This document shows positions 36,362-48,662 of a stretch of DNA of 64,000 bases, one piece after another. A model generated the notes under the pieces. The model was not told the DNA's origin and did not search any database. It saw only the letters and a list, made by a program, of their open reading frames with translations. The DNA comes from Octopus bimaculoides. Its lineage: Eukaryota. Numbering within the stretch: position 1 is the stretch's first letter; each line of letters opens with the position of its first letter. Where the stretch lies: NCBI RefSeq assembly GCF_001194135.2, contig NC_069002.1, forward strand, positions 10,900,350 through 10,964,349, given 5' to 3'. The position numbers were made by a program, and so were the translations under genes.

Positions 36362-38354
36362 TATACATAACTATCTTCTTTCAGATTCCATCTACCAAAG
36401 CCCCTCACAAGACTTTGGTCAGCCCGAGGCTATATTAGTAGACACTTGACAAAATGCCACGCAGTGGGACTGAACCCAGAACCATGTGGTTGTGAAGCAA
36501 GTTTCTTACCACACAACCATGCCTACACCTATATGGCTATTTCTGCAGGCTAACCTGGCTCAAACCAATATATCGTGTAAATGAAGCGTTGTTTTTCCGC
36601 CAGATGCCATTTCTGTCACTAAAGTTTACCTGTTTTCTGAATAAAAGGTCTTTTATTCCATCCTTCATCAAAGGTACAAAGCCAGCAGTTGATGTGCTGA
36701 AATCACTGCTCAAGGACTTTTGGAGACGTGTGTATATTTAGTTGTTATTGTTGATGCTGCTGTTGTTGCTGTTGTTATTTTCCTTGTTATTGTTGTTGTT
36801 ACTGTTGCTGCTACAACTGCTGTTGTTATTTTTGTAGTTGCGGTTGTGGTTTGTGCAATACACTTTTACCTCGTCTCCATTGCGAAACTATACCATCACC
36901 ACCACCAACAGCAACAACAACAACAAGCCACATGCAGCATCGCATCACACCACAATGCACTCTCTTTAACATCACCACCATCCACCACCACCACCAGAAG
37001 CCACTGTGGAGCTTTTAAAAGAGATCCAACTTTGGACACACAGACAGACATATATGTATTCCAGCAACATGCTTTCTTAATTAGCTTTCTGCTTTAGTTC
37101 AGAGGTGCGGGTTGGGGTGGTGGTGGTGATGGGTGGCAGTGGCAGTTGTGTGTGTTTAGGGAGGGAGAAGAAAGGAAAAGAAATGAGATCCCTGCTCTCA
37201 CCATCACCACCAACTCTAACGCCATCTTCCTTATCCTTCCCATCATCATCATCAGTACATCTTTCCCCTCTCCTCTCTTTTCCCCCTCCTCCCCCTGCTC
37301 CTATCTCCATATCTTTTATCTTATCCTGTCTCTCCTTCTCTCTCTCTCTCTCTCTCTCTGTCTCTGCTTTACATGGGGCCAACTGGGAGATATGCTGGTA
37401 ACCTAGCAACGGCATGGCACCTGCAGCTGGTGACACAGTATCTTGTTCTACTGATGAGAAAGGTATCAGGGATGGTGGTGGTGGTGGTGGTGGTGGTGGT
37501 GGTGATGATGATGATGATTGTGGTGATGATAGTGCTATTGATGACGATTATGAAGGTGGTGGTGGTGGTGGTGTGGTGAAGATGATAATGACGACGATGA
37601 TGCTGGCGGTGGTGGTGGTATTGGCGGTGGTGGTAGTGGTGGTGGTGGTAGTGGTGGTGGTGGTAGTGGTGNNNNNNNNNNNNNNNNNNNNNNNNNNNNN
37701 NNNNNNNNNNNNNNNNNNNNNNNNNNNNNNNNNNNNNNNNNNNNNNNNNNNNNNNNNNNNNNNNNNNNNNNNNNNNNNNNNNNNNNNNNNNNNNNNNNNN
37801 NNNNNNNNNNNNNNNNNNNNNNNNNNNNNNNNNNNNNNNNNNNNNNNNNNNNNNNNNNNNNNNNNNNNNNNNNNNNNNNNNNNNNNNNNNNNNNNNNNNN
37901 NNNNNNNNNNNNNNNNNNNNNNNNNNNNNNNNGGTGGGGTGTTAATGATGATGGGAGTGGTTGCATTATCAGTTTTAATAGTGGTGGTGGAGGTATTGAT
38001 AATGGTAGCGTTGAGGGTGGGTGGTGTGGTGGTGTGGTGGTGATGCATTGTGAGCAAACAGTGTGATGATGATGGAATGGTGATGTGACGGAGGTGTGAG
38101 GTAGTATGAAGGTAGCGGAGATGGTGGTAGTGGTGGTGGTGGTGGTAGTGGTGGTGGTGGTGGTGGTTATGATGCTGATGTCAATGATAGAAATGCTTAT
38201 AATTATGAAGATGACAATGATGTTGATAATGATGGTGATGATGATGATGATGGTTGTGGTGGTGACGGTGGGAATTACTGACAATGATGACACTTCTGCT
38301 TTAACTGATGATGATGACGACAGTGATGATGATGCATTAACAATGGATTCAGAT

Positions 38355-38592
38355 TTTGGCACAAGGCCAGCCAGTTCAGTTGTGGGTGGCAGGAGTGGGG
38401 GGGATAAGTCGATTACATTGACCCACCCACCTCACCCCACCCCATGCTCAACCGGTACTTATCTTATCAACCCCCACCCAAAAGGATGAGAGGCAAAGCT
38501 AACTTCAGCAGAATTTGAACTCTCAACATAAAGTCAGACAAAAATGAGGCTCAGTATTTCCTTCCAGTATTCTAGCAATTCTGCCATCTTGC
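38355..38592 (-). mobile_element. SINE-D, diverged
   Basis: GGTACTTATCTTATCAACCCC...AAAGGATGAGAGGCAAAGCTAACTTCAGCAGAATTTGAACTC. Confidence 0.7.
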
Positions 38593-38600
38593 TGACCTAA

Positions 38601-38705
38601 CCCTTTACTATTTAATCTAGCCATATCCGGCCCAAAATATTCTACCAGTTTTATGTTTGAACTGGCCAGATCCTACCTCTCACACCCACCCCACAATGTC
38701 ATTTG
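38601..38705 (+). mobile_element. 5' part of the TTAA-type MITE family arrayed at 40385-40935
   Basis: (C)TAA|CCCTTTACTATTTAATCTAGCCATATCCGGCCCAAAATATTCTACC...CCACAATGTCATT. Confidence 0.65.
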
Positions 38706-38707
38706 GA

Positions 38708-38870
38708 AAAGGCGCAGGAGTAGCCCTGTGGTAAGTAGCTTGCTTACCAACCACATGGTTCTGGGTTCAGTCCCACCTTGGGCAAGCATTTCCTACTATA
38801 GCTTTGGGCCAGCCAAAGCCTTGTCAATGGGATTTGGTAGACAGAAACTGAAAGAAGCCCATCATGTATG
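38708..38870 (+). mobile_element. SINE-C 5' half running into (TA)n and an N gap
   Basis: AAGGCGCAGGAGTAGCCCTGTGGTAAGTAGCTTGC...GGTTCAGTCCC...AAACTGAAAGAAGCCCATC. Confidence 0.85.
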
Positions 38871-39447
38871 TAGGTATGTGCATATATATATATATATATA
38901 TATATAGTGTAGTATATNNNNNNNNNNNNNNNNNNNNNNNNNNNNNNNNNNNNNNNNNNNNNNNNNNNNNNNNNNNNNNNNNNNNNNNNNNNNNNNNNNN
39001 NNNNNNNNNNNNNNNNNNNNNNNNNNNNNNNNNNNNNNNNNNNNNNNNNNNNNNNNNNNNNNNNNNNNNNNNNNNNNNNNNNNNNNNNNNNNNNNNNNNN
39101 NNNNNNNNNNNNNNNNNNNNNNNNNNNNNNNNNNNNNNNNNNNNNNNNNNNNNNNNNNNNNNNNNNNNNNNNNNNNNNNNNNNNNNNNNNNNNNNNNNNN
39201 NNNNNNNNNNNNNNNNNNNNNNNNNNNNNNNNNNNNNNNNNNNNNNNNNNNNNNNNNNNNNNNNNNNNNNNNNNNNNNNNNNNNNNNNNNNNNNNNNNNN
39301 NNNNNNNNNNNNNNNNNNNNNNNNNNNNNNNNNNNNNNNNNNNNNNNNNNNNNNNNNNNNNNNNNNNNNNNNNNNNNNNNNNNNNNNNNNNNNNNNNNNN
39401 NNNNNNNNNNNNNNNNNNNNNNNNNNNNNNNNNNNNNNNNNNNNNNN

Positions 39448-39700
39448 TGGCACATAAAATACACCATTTTGAGCGTGGCCGTTGCCAGTACCGCCTGACT
39501 GGCCTTCGTGCTGGTGGCACGTAAAAGCACCCACTACACTCTCTGAGTGGTTGGCATTAGGAAGGGCATCCAGCTGTAGAAACTCTGCCAAATCAGATTG
39601 GAGCCTGGTGCAGCCATCTGGTTTCACCAGTCCTCAGTCAAATCGTCCAACCCATGCTAGCATGGAAAGCGGACGTTAAACGATGATGATGATGATGATG
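39448..39700 (+). mobile_element. repeat-B 3' part
   Basis: Nearly identical to 22225-22471; (GAT)n tail. Confidence 0.9.
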
Positions 39701-39767
39701 TATCTATGAAGAAATACTGGTAGGCATTACACCCAGCATGCTAACAATTCTGCCAGCTCATTGCCTC

Positions 39768-39802
<35 letters not shown>

Positions 39803-39849
39803 TAACAATAATAATAATGATAATGAGAAGAAGAAAAAAATTAATAAGA

Positions 39850-40355
39850 ATTATTAAAAAACGGCAATAAAATTGTAACTATTTCCATATTGAGATTGCA
39901 AAAAAAAAACTGGTTTAAATGGACATCAGAATCCAATATGGTTAAAAAAGAAATAAAACAAAGATATGGCTGTGATATTCTGGAATGTTGCCAGTTCAGT
40001 CTGACATAGAGATCAAAGCAAACTCTCCAGATATTGTGATTAAAGACGGAACAAAAATAATCTATGTTTTTTTTGATAGACATCTTGATTCCTTCTGATT
40101 TAAAAGAAAAACAAACAAAAAGCAAGAGAGAGAGGCTGGAAAACTATAAACTACAAGGTCTGTGGAAATGGTAATTAGCAGTATGTGGGCAGGGAAGTAA
40201 AAATGGTTCTGGTAATGATTGATGTATTGGATATGGTTAAGAACAAAATCAAGAAGAATAAAAAAAAAACCATGGTTAGCAGATCAAGATTTTATACAGA
40301 ACCAAGATATTAACCCTGCTAGTCTCAGAATGTATCTTACATGAGAAGATTTTAA
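39850..40355 (+). mobile_element. R4/Dong endonuclease remnant
   Basis: AVIFWN/PVQSDIEIKANSPDIVIKD...FLIDILIPSD (PD..D motif; PD at 40027-40032); directly after an (AAT)n tract at ~39767-39826. Confidence 0.8.
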
Positions 40356-40384
40356 TTAATAGCACAACTCATGAAGTACCATTA

Positions 40385-40935
40385 AAATTCACCCTGGCCA
40401 CATTCATCCCAAATATTGTTTTGTGTTCAAACTGGTCGAACTCTCTCACCTACCCTAGAGTGTCATTCAAAAAATAAATAGTCACATCATTGAAATCTTG
40501 AAGTTATGATATAGCACATTCTTAACCCTAAGGCTCTACCTGTATAAGGTTCAATCTGGCCTCTCCCACCTGCCCTACCATGTCATTTTAAAACCAAACA
40601 TTGAAATCTTGAAGCCATGTGACAACACAATTAATTTAAAACGATGTTTATCAATAAGCATTGCAATCACATTGTTGAAATCTCAATGCTACAAGACAAC
40701 ACATGATTAATTCAAAACATTGAGAATAAGTAAGCTTTATATTTGAGAGAGTAATCTGAATGCTAAAGAGTTAAACCAGCCGTTTCCAGCCCAAATACTC
40801 TACCTGTTTTATGTTCAAACTGGCCAGATCTGGCCTCTCACACCCACCCTACAATGTCATTCTAAAAATAAACAATCATATCATTGAAATCTTGAAGCAT
40901 GATTAATTCAAAACAATGTGAATAAATATGCATTC
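40385..40935 (+). mobile_element. array of ~4 partial copies of a TTAA (piggyBac-like) MITE
   Basis: Recurring CTCTC(A/C)CACC..CCCTA....GTCATT...CATTGAAATCTTGAAG; right end AATGCTAAAGAG|TTAA at 40759-40774. Confidence 0.65.
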
Positions 40936-40945
40936 TATGTGTCTG

Positions 40946-41164
40946 AATAATCCTTTATACGAAAGGCACAAGACCTGAAATTTTGGGGAGGAGACTAGTC
41001 AATTACATCGACCCCAGTGCATAACTGGTACTTATTTCATTTACCCCAAAAGGTTGAAAGGCAAAGTCAACCTCGGCGTAATTTGAACTCAGAAGGTAGC
41101 GGCAGACAAAATACCGCTAAGCATTTCACCCAGCTTGCTATTGATTCTACCAGTTCACCGCCTT
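40946..41164 (-). mobile_element. SINE-D
   Basis: GGCACAAGACCTGAAATTTTGGGG...GGTACTTATTTC...AAAGGCAAAGTCAACCTCGGCGTAATTTGAACTCAG...CAGTTCACCGCCTT. Confidence 0.85.
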
Positions 41165-41235
41165 GTGTGTGTGTGTGTGTGAATAATATTAACACTGGCT
41201 GACCATCGGTTATGACAATAAGGGTTCCAGTTGAA

Positions 41236-42080
41236 CTGGAATGAGGAATTTCAACCATGTTTCGTGGTCTGCTACCACAACAGCTCCTTTATAGGATCCA
41301 GTTAGCTCAAGACATCATCAGGAGGAACCACGTCCGGTTTCGGCCCCTACTCCTCTACCGTTTTGACGTGGCGGAGCCCCCCCCCCTTTCGGAGGTGTCT
41401 TCAGCTCTGGTGTTGGGTGCATGTCTTCTTTCTTCTATTCACTGGCCTCTTCGATGCAGCATCAACGAGTGTCAGCGCCCGACTGATCGTCATGTCAAAT
41501 TCCCCTTTTTATATCTGCTGCTAGGCTCCAGCAGGCAGCCCCAGCTAGTTGTCACGTGACACTGTCTAAATTTCCCGCTGCTAGGGTCCANNNNNNNNNN
41601 NNNNNNNNNNNNNNNNNNNNNNNNNNNNNNNNNNNNNNNNNNNNNNNNNNNNNNNNNNNNNNNNNNNNNNNNNNNNNNNNNNNNNNNNNNNNNNNNNNNN
41701 NNNNNNNNNNNNNNNNNNNNNNNNNNNNNNNNNNNNNNNNNNNNNNNNNNNNNNNNNNNNNNNNNNNNNNNNNNNNNNNNNNNNNNNNNNNNNNNNNNNN
41801 NNNNNNNNNNNAGCAAGTTGTCACATGACACTGTCTAAACTTCCCGCTGCTAGGCTCCAGCAAGTAGCCCCAGCAAGTTGTCACATGACACTGTCTAAAC
41901 TTCCCGCTGCTAGGCTCCAGCAAGTAGCCCCAGCAAGTTGTCACATGACACTGTCTAAACTTTAACTGACAATGGAGGGCGTGTAGCCACTTCAGTGTCA
42001 GCCTGTCTCACCTAGGCATGTTATGACTTTCAAGCCATATTCGGTCTTCCCGCTTCAGCCATATATCTTTGCAGCCTCCT
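41236..42080. repeat. unclassified GC/CpG-rich element containing a 60-bp tandem array (41516-41961, partly in an N gap)
   Basis: Unit CTGCTAGGCTCCAGCAAGTAGCCCCAGCAAGTTGTCACATGACACTGTCTAAACTTCCCG; exact 60-nt period on both sides of the gap. Confidence 0.85.
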
Positions 42081-42313
42081 CATGAAGTTACCATGCAAGT
42101 GGCTGAGTACTTCTTTTGTTGAATTTTCTATCACAGGTCAGTACATTATATACATATATATTATCTGTTTCAGTCATTTGACTGTGGCCATGCTGGAGCA
42201 CCACCTCTAGTCGAACATATCGACCCCAGAACTTATTCTATCAGTCCCTTCTGCCAAACCGCTAAGTTACAGGGACGTAAACACACCAGCATTGGGGGGA
42301 CAGACACACAAAC

Positions 42314-42368
<55 letters not shown>

Positions 42369-43749
42369 NNNNNNNNNNNNNNNNNNNNNNNNNNNNNNNN
42401 NNNNNNNNNNNNNNNNNNNNNNNNNNNNNNNNNNNNNNNNNNNNNNNNNNNNNNNNNNNNNNNNNNNNNNNNNNNNNNNNNNNNNNNNNNNNNNNNNNNN
42501 NNNNNNNNNNNNNNNNNNNNNNNNNNNNNNNNNNNNNNNNNNNNNNNNNNNNNNNNNNNNNNNNNNNNNNNNNNNNNNNNNNNNNNNNNNNNNNNNNNNN
42601 NNNNNNNNNNNNNNNNNNNNNNNNNNNNNNNNNNNNNNNNNNNNNNNNNNNNNNNNNNNNNNNNNNNNNNNNNNNNNNNNNNNNNNNNNNNNNNNNNNNN
42701 NNNNNNNNNNNNNNNNNNNNNNNNNNNNNNNNNNNNNNNNNNNNNNNNNNNNNNNNNNNNNNNNNNNNATATATATATATATATATATATATATCAATAT
42801 CTGTATATCTACACCTATTTCTATTACCTATCTATTGTCTGTCTGTCTGTCTATCTATCTGTGTGTGTGTGTATGTGCAAATATAGATGTGTGTAATGGA
42901 TGAATGGTTATATTTACGTCTGTCCATATAGATGGTTGCACCAATGGATGCATACACAAGCAATGAGGTGATGCTTGGTCCAGCCAAAAACCAAACCACT
43001 TTTCTTGCATTCCTGCATTCTTGTCTTCTTGCATCCAACAACATCTCGCCAAAAGAACAACAGATATATACATTTAAGATTAGGACATATTATTTCTTTT
43101 GGAAGAATTCTTTGGAAAACCTGGCAGATTGTCGACTATGTTGAATATGTGCTGCTTTTAGTTTCTTCCATCTTTTAGTTTGATGAAGCTAAACTCAGGA
43201 ATTTAAAGAGGAAGCTAAGAAATTCAATAGTAAAATAGATCTGAGAGGATGTAGTAAAAGAACAAAGAAAACAAATGGTAAGAAGTTTTTGCTTTAAGAA
43301 TTTACATTATTTCGGTTTTTGTGTAGGAAAAGTGGAGGAGTTTTATGATGGGCGAGATTTGAGATGAATTTGATCTTGAAAGTTATGTAAAGGGTAATGA
43401 ATTTGGCACAAATATTTGAGGTGAGTTCTTCAAGCTGGATATTAATACTTCATGTTTCCCAGACTTTTTTGGCACAAACAATGGAGAACTTTCAGAACTG
43501 GATACTGACTTTGCATATATAAATTGAGCTGAGGTCTTAAGTTCAAACTTCCTCCGAGTTTTCTTTGTCTTTGTGGTTGTTGTTATTTTGTTATTGTCGT
43601 CATTGTTGTTGTTCAGCAGACGTATGTGCTAAGACGTTCCAGCCATGGCCATCTCATTATTGTTTTTATAATCTCTTAAATGTATGGGCAAATGTGGCTG
43701 AGTGATCAAAAAGTTTGGTTACCAAACCCGATGGCTTTAGGTTCTGCCC

Positions 43750-44046
43750 CACTATCGGTCTCTTTTGCCGAACCGCTAAGTTACTGAGACATAAACACAC
43801 CAGCATCGGTTGTCAAGCGATGTTGGGGGGACAAATACAGACACGGAAACATATACACACACATACATATATATACATATATACAACGGGCTTCTTTCAG
43901 TTTCCGTCTACCAAATCCACTCACAAGGCTTTGGTCAGCCCGAGGCTATAGTAGAAGACACTTGCCCAAGGTGCCATTCAGTAGGACTGAACCCGGAACC
44001 ATGTTGTTGATAAGCAAGCTACTTACCACACAGCCACTCCTACACC
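43750..44046 (-). mobile_element. SINE-C with truncated tail
   Basis: Colinear with 8010-8338, including the internal microsatellite. Confidence 0.85.
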
Positions 44047-44060
44047 TATAATCAGTAAAT

Positions 44061-44534
44061 AAAGTATAAAGAAAGGAAAGAAAAGTATAGGTATAGATGA
44101 TCTTTAATCCAAAGTTGGTACAAATCTATTAAAGATTCTACAAATCATTTCCAAGCCTAATTAATTCCAAAAACAAAATGAAAAAAAAATAATCCTTTTG
44201 AAATCAAAATTAGGTTTTTCTTCAGGAATTCATTATTGGAATAAATAAGTTCGACCAATAAAAAAAAAAGACATAAAGACCTTTAATAACCTGGACAGGA
44301 ACAAACAATTAAATTATCAAAGGTCTTTATATTTTTTTGTTGATTGAACCTATTCATTCCAATAATGAATTCCTGAAGAAAAACCTAATTTTGATTTCAA
44401 AAGGATTATATTTTCCGTTTTGTTTGGGGAATTAATTAGGCTTGGAAACAATTTGTAGAATGTTTATTGAATTTGTACCAACTTTGGATTAATGATCATC
44501 TAGACCTATATTTATTTTCCTTTCCTTATACTTT
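44061..44534. repeat. fold-back element: ~225-bp inverted arms, 24-bp spacer (44290-44313)
   Basis: Arms 44061-44289 and 44314-44534 align throughout; a 54-bp central block is identical. Confidence 0.95.
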
Positions 44535-44807
44535 ATATATATATATATATATAAACAATATATGAGTATATGCATATATATGTACATGTATGTACATACC
44601 TTCATCTACATGTACATATAGGTACATATCTGGGTACATGACATTGCAAAAGAACATGGACAAAATGATAAACAAGGTACAACAAACAAGCAGGCCACAT
44701 AGAGAACACATCCTTCATCAGCTGCCACCATTAAAACACCGGCACACACACACACATACACACACATACACCCATATATATCCTGCCCACAGTAATTTAA
44801 TTTTAGG

Positions 44808-45193
44808 TACAGGTGTGGCTGTATGGTAAGAAGCTTGCTTCCCAACCACATGGTTCTAGGTTCAGTCCTACTGTGTGGAACCGTGGGTAAGTGCTTTCTA
44901 CTATAGCCTTGCACTGACGAAAGCCTTGTGAGTGTATTTGGTTGACAGAAATTGAAAGAAGCCTGTTGTGTATGTATGTATGTATATATATATATATGTG
45001 TGTATGTATCTGTGTTTGTGCCCCCAATCACTGCTTGGAAACTGGTGTTGGTATGTTTACATCCCTGCAACTTAGCGGTTTGGCAAAACAGAGCAACAAA
45101 ATAAGTGTCAGGCTTAAGAAATAGGTTCTAAAGTTGATTTGTTCAGACGTTGGTCCAGCATGGCTGCAATCAAATGATTGAAAGTAAAAGAAA
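44808..45193 (+). mobile_element. SINE-C, full-length diverged copy (an opposite-strand head follows at 45232-45385)
   Basis: GGTGTGGCTGTATGGTAAGAAGCTTGC...GGTTCAGTCC...CAGCATGGCTGCAATCAAATGATTGAAAGTAAAAG. Confidence 0.8.
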
Positions 45194-45197
45194 TACG

Positions 45198-45228
<31 letters not shown>

Positions 45229-45739
45229 GTATACAATGGGCTTCTTTCAGTTTCTGTCTACCAAATCCATTCACAAGGCTTTGTGTGGCTTCAGACTGTA
45301 GCAGAAGGTACTTGCCCAAGGTGCCATACATTGAGACTGAATCTGGAGCTATGTGATTGGGAAGCAAGCTTCTTACCACACAGTCATATTTGCAGTATCC
45401 TTCTTGCTCATAAATTTTGAAAATGAAATAAAATTTTTCCTGATAAATGCGTTAGGTTACCCAACAGAAAACTGTCAAAATTCATTAAATTAATGAATAT
45501 ACCAATGAGAGTTAGGAAAAATATAAATTTAATTAAGAAAAATTACGTTTTTACCATTGCTGCTCATTAATGATATTACTAGATTATCTCTCCCCCAAGA
45601 AAGTAGCAATATTTGTGAAATTAGTAGTTATACTAACGAGAGAAGAGAAATAAAAATTAGTTTAACCAATGCTGAAGAGGGGGAAAAAAAATTTTTAATC
45701 TAATCTGGAAAAATAAATTTTTACCATTTACTGCACATT

Positions 45740-46195
45740 GCAATGTGCTGCTACACATTGCCGTAAATATCATACTTTGGAAAATATCCTTGGAAAAGCA
45801 ATCTGTGCAATCTGCAGGAATGTGTGTGGCCGAAAGAAGAGAGAGATAGTGAGAACTGGTAGAAGAACAAATATGCAAGACAGCTGTACAATGAATGCAA
45901 CCAAAGGGACAAAGGAAGAGATGGAATTTTCAAGAAGACACAGTGTGTCACCTCCGATGATATGAAGTGACTTTGGATGAGACAATCAGCTATGCTCAAA
46001 GTGAGACCTGCAGAAATGGTAGAATAATGAGGATACGACCAGAGGAATGAAGGAAGAGAGGAAGGCCCATGGAGTGCTGCCTTCAAAGACCTGAAGCAAC
46101 TTAGTATCACTTGGGAAGATGCAGGCAATGATGCCCAAAGTTGAAATGATTGGAGATATACACTAGCATAACCAGAGTGTGTGCTTCCCAGGGCA
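45740..46195 (+). mobile_element. decayed RTE-clade LINE 3' end
   Basis: Frameshifted RKRGRP / FKDLKQLSITWEDAGNDAQS*NDWR / RVCASQG, typical of the RTE C-terminus. Confidence 0.65.
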
Positions 46196-46324
46196 GTCCT
46201 TCCGTTTGCCACCTCTGGACCCCACAAAAGACACATACTGCCTACAGCAGACCCATAAGTGCCACCCAGGGTGGACTGCTCTTGCCCCCTGCTACGCTAG
46301 TGGAGACATATCGTTTTTTCCAAT

Positions 46325-46535
46325 TCTTTGGCATTAAAGAGGTGTTTTATGCAGATTACTTACAGGGAGGGTACTGCAAATTCTGAAGTCTTGAAAAGAA
46401 CCAGCATGGGGGAGAAGAATGAGACTTGCAGATCATGGTTCCTGTCTGCCAGAAGAATGAATATCCAGGTATCCAAGACAGCTATTCAATGGGTACTGCC
46501 AAATGGACAAAAGAAGAGAGGGAGACCTAAGAATA
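46325..46535 (+). mobile_element. second RTE C-terminal fragment
   Basis: LKRCFMQITYREGTANSEVLKRT...SKTAIQWVLPNGQKKRGRPKNT. Confidence 0.75.
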
Positions 46536-46811
46536 CATCATGTATGTGTGTTTATATATATGTGTTTGTGTGTGGGTATATGTCCCCGTAACTTAGCGGC
46601 TTGGCAAAAGAGACCGATAGAATAAGCACTAGATTTACAAAGAATAAATCCTGTGAGTGATTTGTTTGACTAAAACCCCTTTCGGTGGTGGTCCAACTTG
46701 GCCACAGTCAAATGACTGAAACAAGCAAACGAATAAAAGAATATATATACACACATACATATGTATATGTGTGTAAGTAATGTAATGTACATATTGTTAT
46801 ATGCAATACAA

Positions 46812-46866
<55 letters not shown>

Positions 46867-47270
46867 NNNNNNNNNNNNNNNNNNNNNNNNNNNNNNNNNN
46901 NNNNNNNNNNNNNNNNNNNNNNNNNNNNNNNNNNNNNNNNNNNNNNNNNNNNNNNNNNNNNNNNNNNNNNNNNNNNNNNNNNNNNNNNNNNNNNNNNNNN
47001 NNNNNNNNNNNNNNNNNNNNNNNNNNNNNNNNNNNNNNNNNNNNNNNNNNNNNNNNNNNNNNNNNNNNNNNNNNNNNNNNNNNNNNNNNNNNNNNNNNNN
47101 NNNNNNNNNNNNNNNNNNNNNNNNNNNNNNNNNNNNNNNNNNNNNNNNNNNNNNNNNNNNNNNNNNNNNNNNNNNNNNNNNNNNNNNNNNNNNNNNNNNN
47201 NNNNNNNNNNNNNNNNNNNNNNNNNNNNNNNNNNNNNNNNNNNNNNNNNNNNNNNNNNNNNNNNNNNNNN

Positions 47271-47316
<46 letters not shown>

Positions 47317-47377
47317 TGCATACACACACACACACATGATGATGACATACATACACAAGCACACATATTCTTTTATC

Positions 47378-47785
47378 CTTTTTCTTGTATTTGTTTCATT
47401 CATCTGACTGTGGCCATGCTGGAGCACTGCCTTTAGTCGAACAAATTGACCCCAGGACTTATTCTTTTGTAAGCCTAGTACTTATTCTATTGGTCTCTTT
47501 TGCTGAACTGTTAAGTTACGGGGATGTAAACACACCAACATCGGTTGTCAAGTGATGGTGGGGTGACAAACACAGACACACAAACAATAACATGTATATA
47601 TACATATACATACATATATATACACATGTAACGGGCTTCTTTCAGTTTCTGTCTATCACATCCACTCACAAGGCTTTGGTCGGCCCAAGGCTACAGTACA
47701 AGGCACTTACACAAGATGCCATGAAGTGGGACTGAACCCGGAACCATATGGTTGGTTAACATGCTACTTACCACACAGCCACTCC
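47378..47785 (-). mobile_element. SINE-C, full-length
   Basis: Colinear with 7904-8338, including the internal (TACA/TA)n. Confidence 0.9.
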
Positions 47786-47821
47786 ATTAATGTATGTATA
47801 ATATATATGTATGCATATCTA

Positions 47822-47862
<41 letters not shown>

Positions 47863-48522
47863 NNNNNNNNNNTATATATATATATATATATATATATATG
47901 CGTATATAACCACTTTGGTTTATCAAACAACTGAAGACTTGGCAACAAAACTGTTGAAGATCTGTTTACTTGTTCTTTATGTGTGTGTGTTTGTGTGTGT
48001 GTGTGTATACATGTGTATATGAATGTGTGTGTATATACATGTATGTTTGTAACGTATAGATAATACCTTAATCCCTGTTTGACCCTTTGTAGTCTTCATA
48101 TTTAATCCATACATTTACATAATCCCCTTAAAACCCTGTTTCACCTTGCTGACCGCCCCAGAGGATATTAAATACGCATTGACCTCAGTGTTGAATGATT
48201 CACACAGACACACACACACATAAACACGTATATAAACATGTATACACATATGAGAAACCAGACACACATATATACAAACATATATACACATGAGCACACA
48301 CTCCCGCATATATACACACATATGAGCACACATGAACACACAAAAATATACATGCACAAACACACACACTCACACACACACACATGTAATCACAAACACA
48401 CAGACATGGAAAGGTATGCACAGATATATGTGCATACATATACATCCCAAAGACACAAACGCACACATATGTATATGTATCACATGCATTTATGTACTAC
48501 AACCATACGCGATACTCAATGT

Positions 48523-48662
48523 CGCAACCATCTCCTGCTGGAGCCTCGTGGAGCTTTAGGTGTTTTCGCTCAATAAACACTCACAACGCCCGGTCTGGGA
48601 ATTGAAACCGCAATCCTATGACCGCGAGTCTGCTGCCATAACCACCAGGCCATTGCGCCTCT
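48523..48662 (-). mobile_element. SINE-A variant (tRNA-Arg-like head + non-CORE body), 3'-truncated
   Basis: Reverse complement of 56895-57030. Confidence 0.85.

Noticed and set aside
41330-41404. Hammerhead on the minus strand (CTGAAGA...GAAACCGGAC)
   Set aside because: No G10.1-C11.1 closure, the NUH position is GAC, and no stem I; kept only as a hint of PLE origin.
41516-41961. CRISPR-like array
   Set aside because: Units are contiguous 60-mers with no unique spacers; no cas genes; eukaryotic context.
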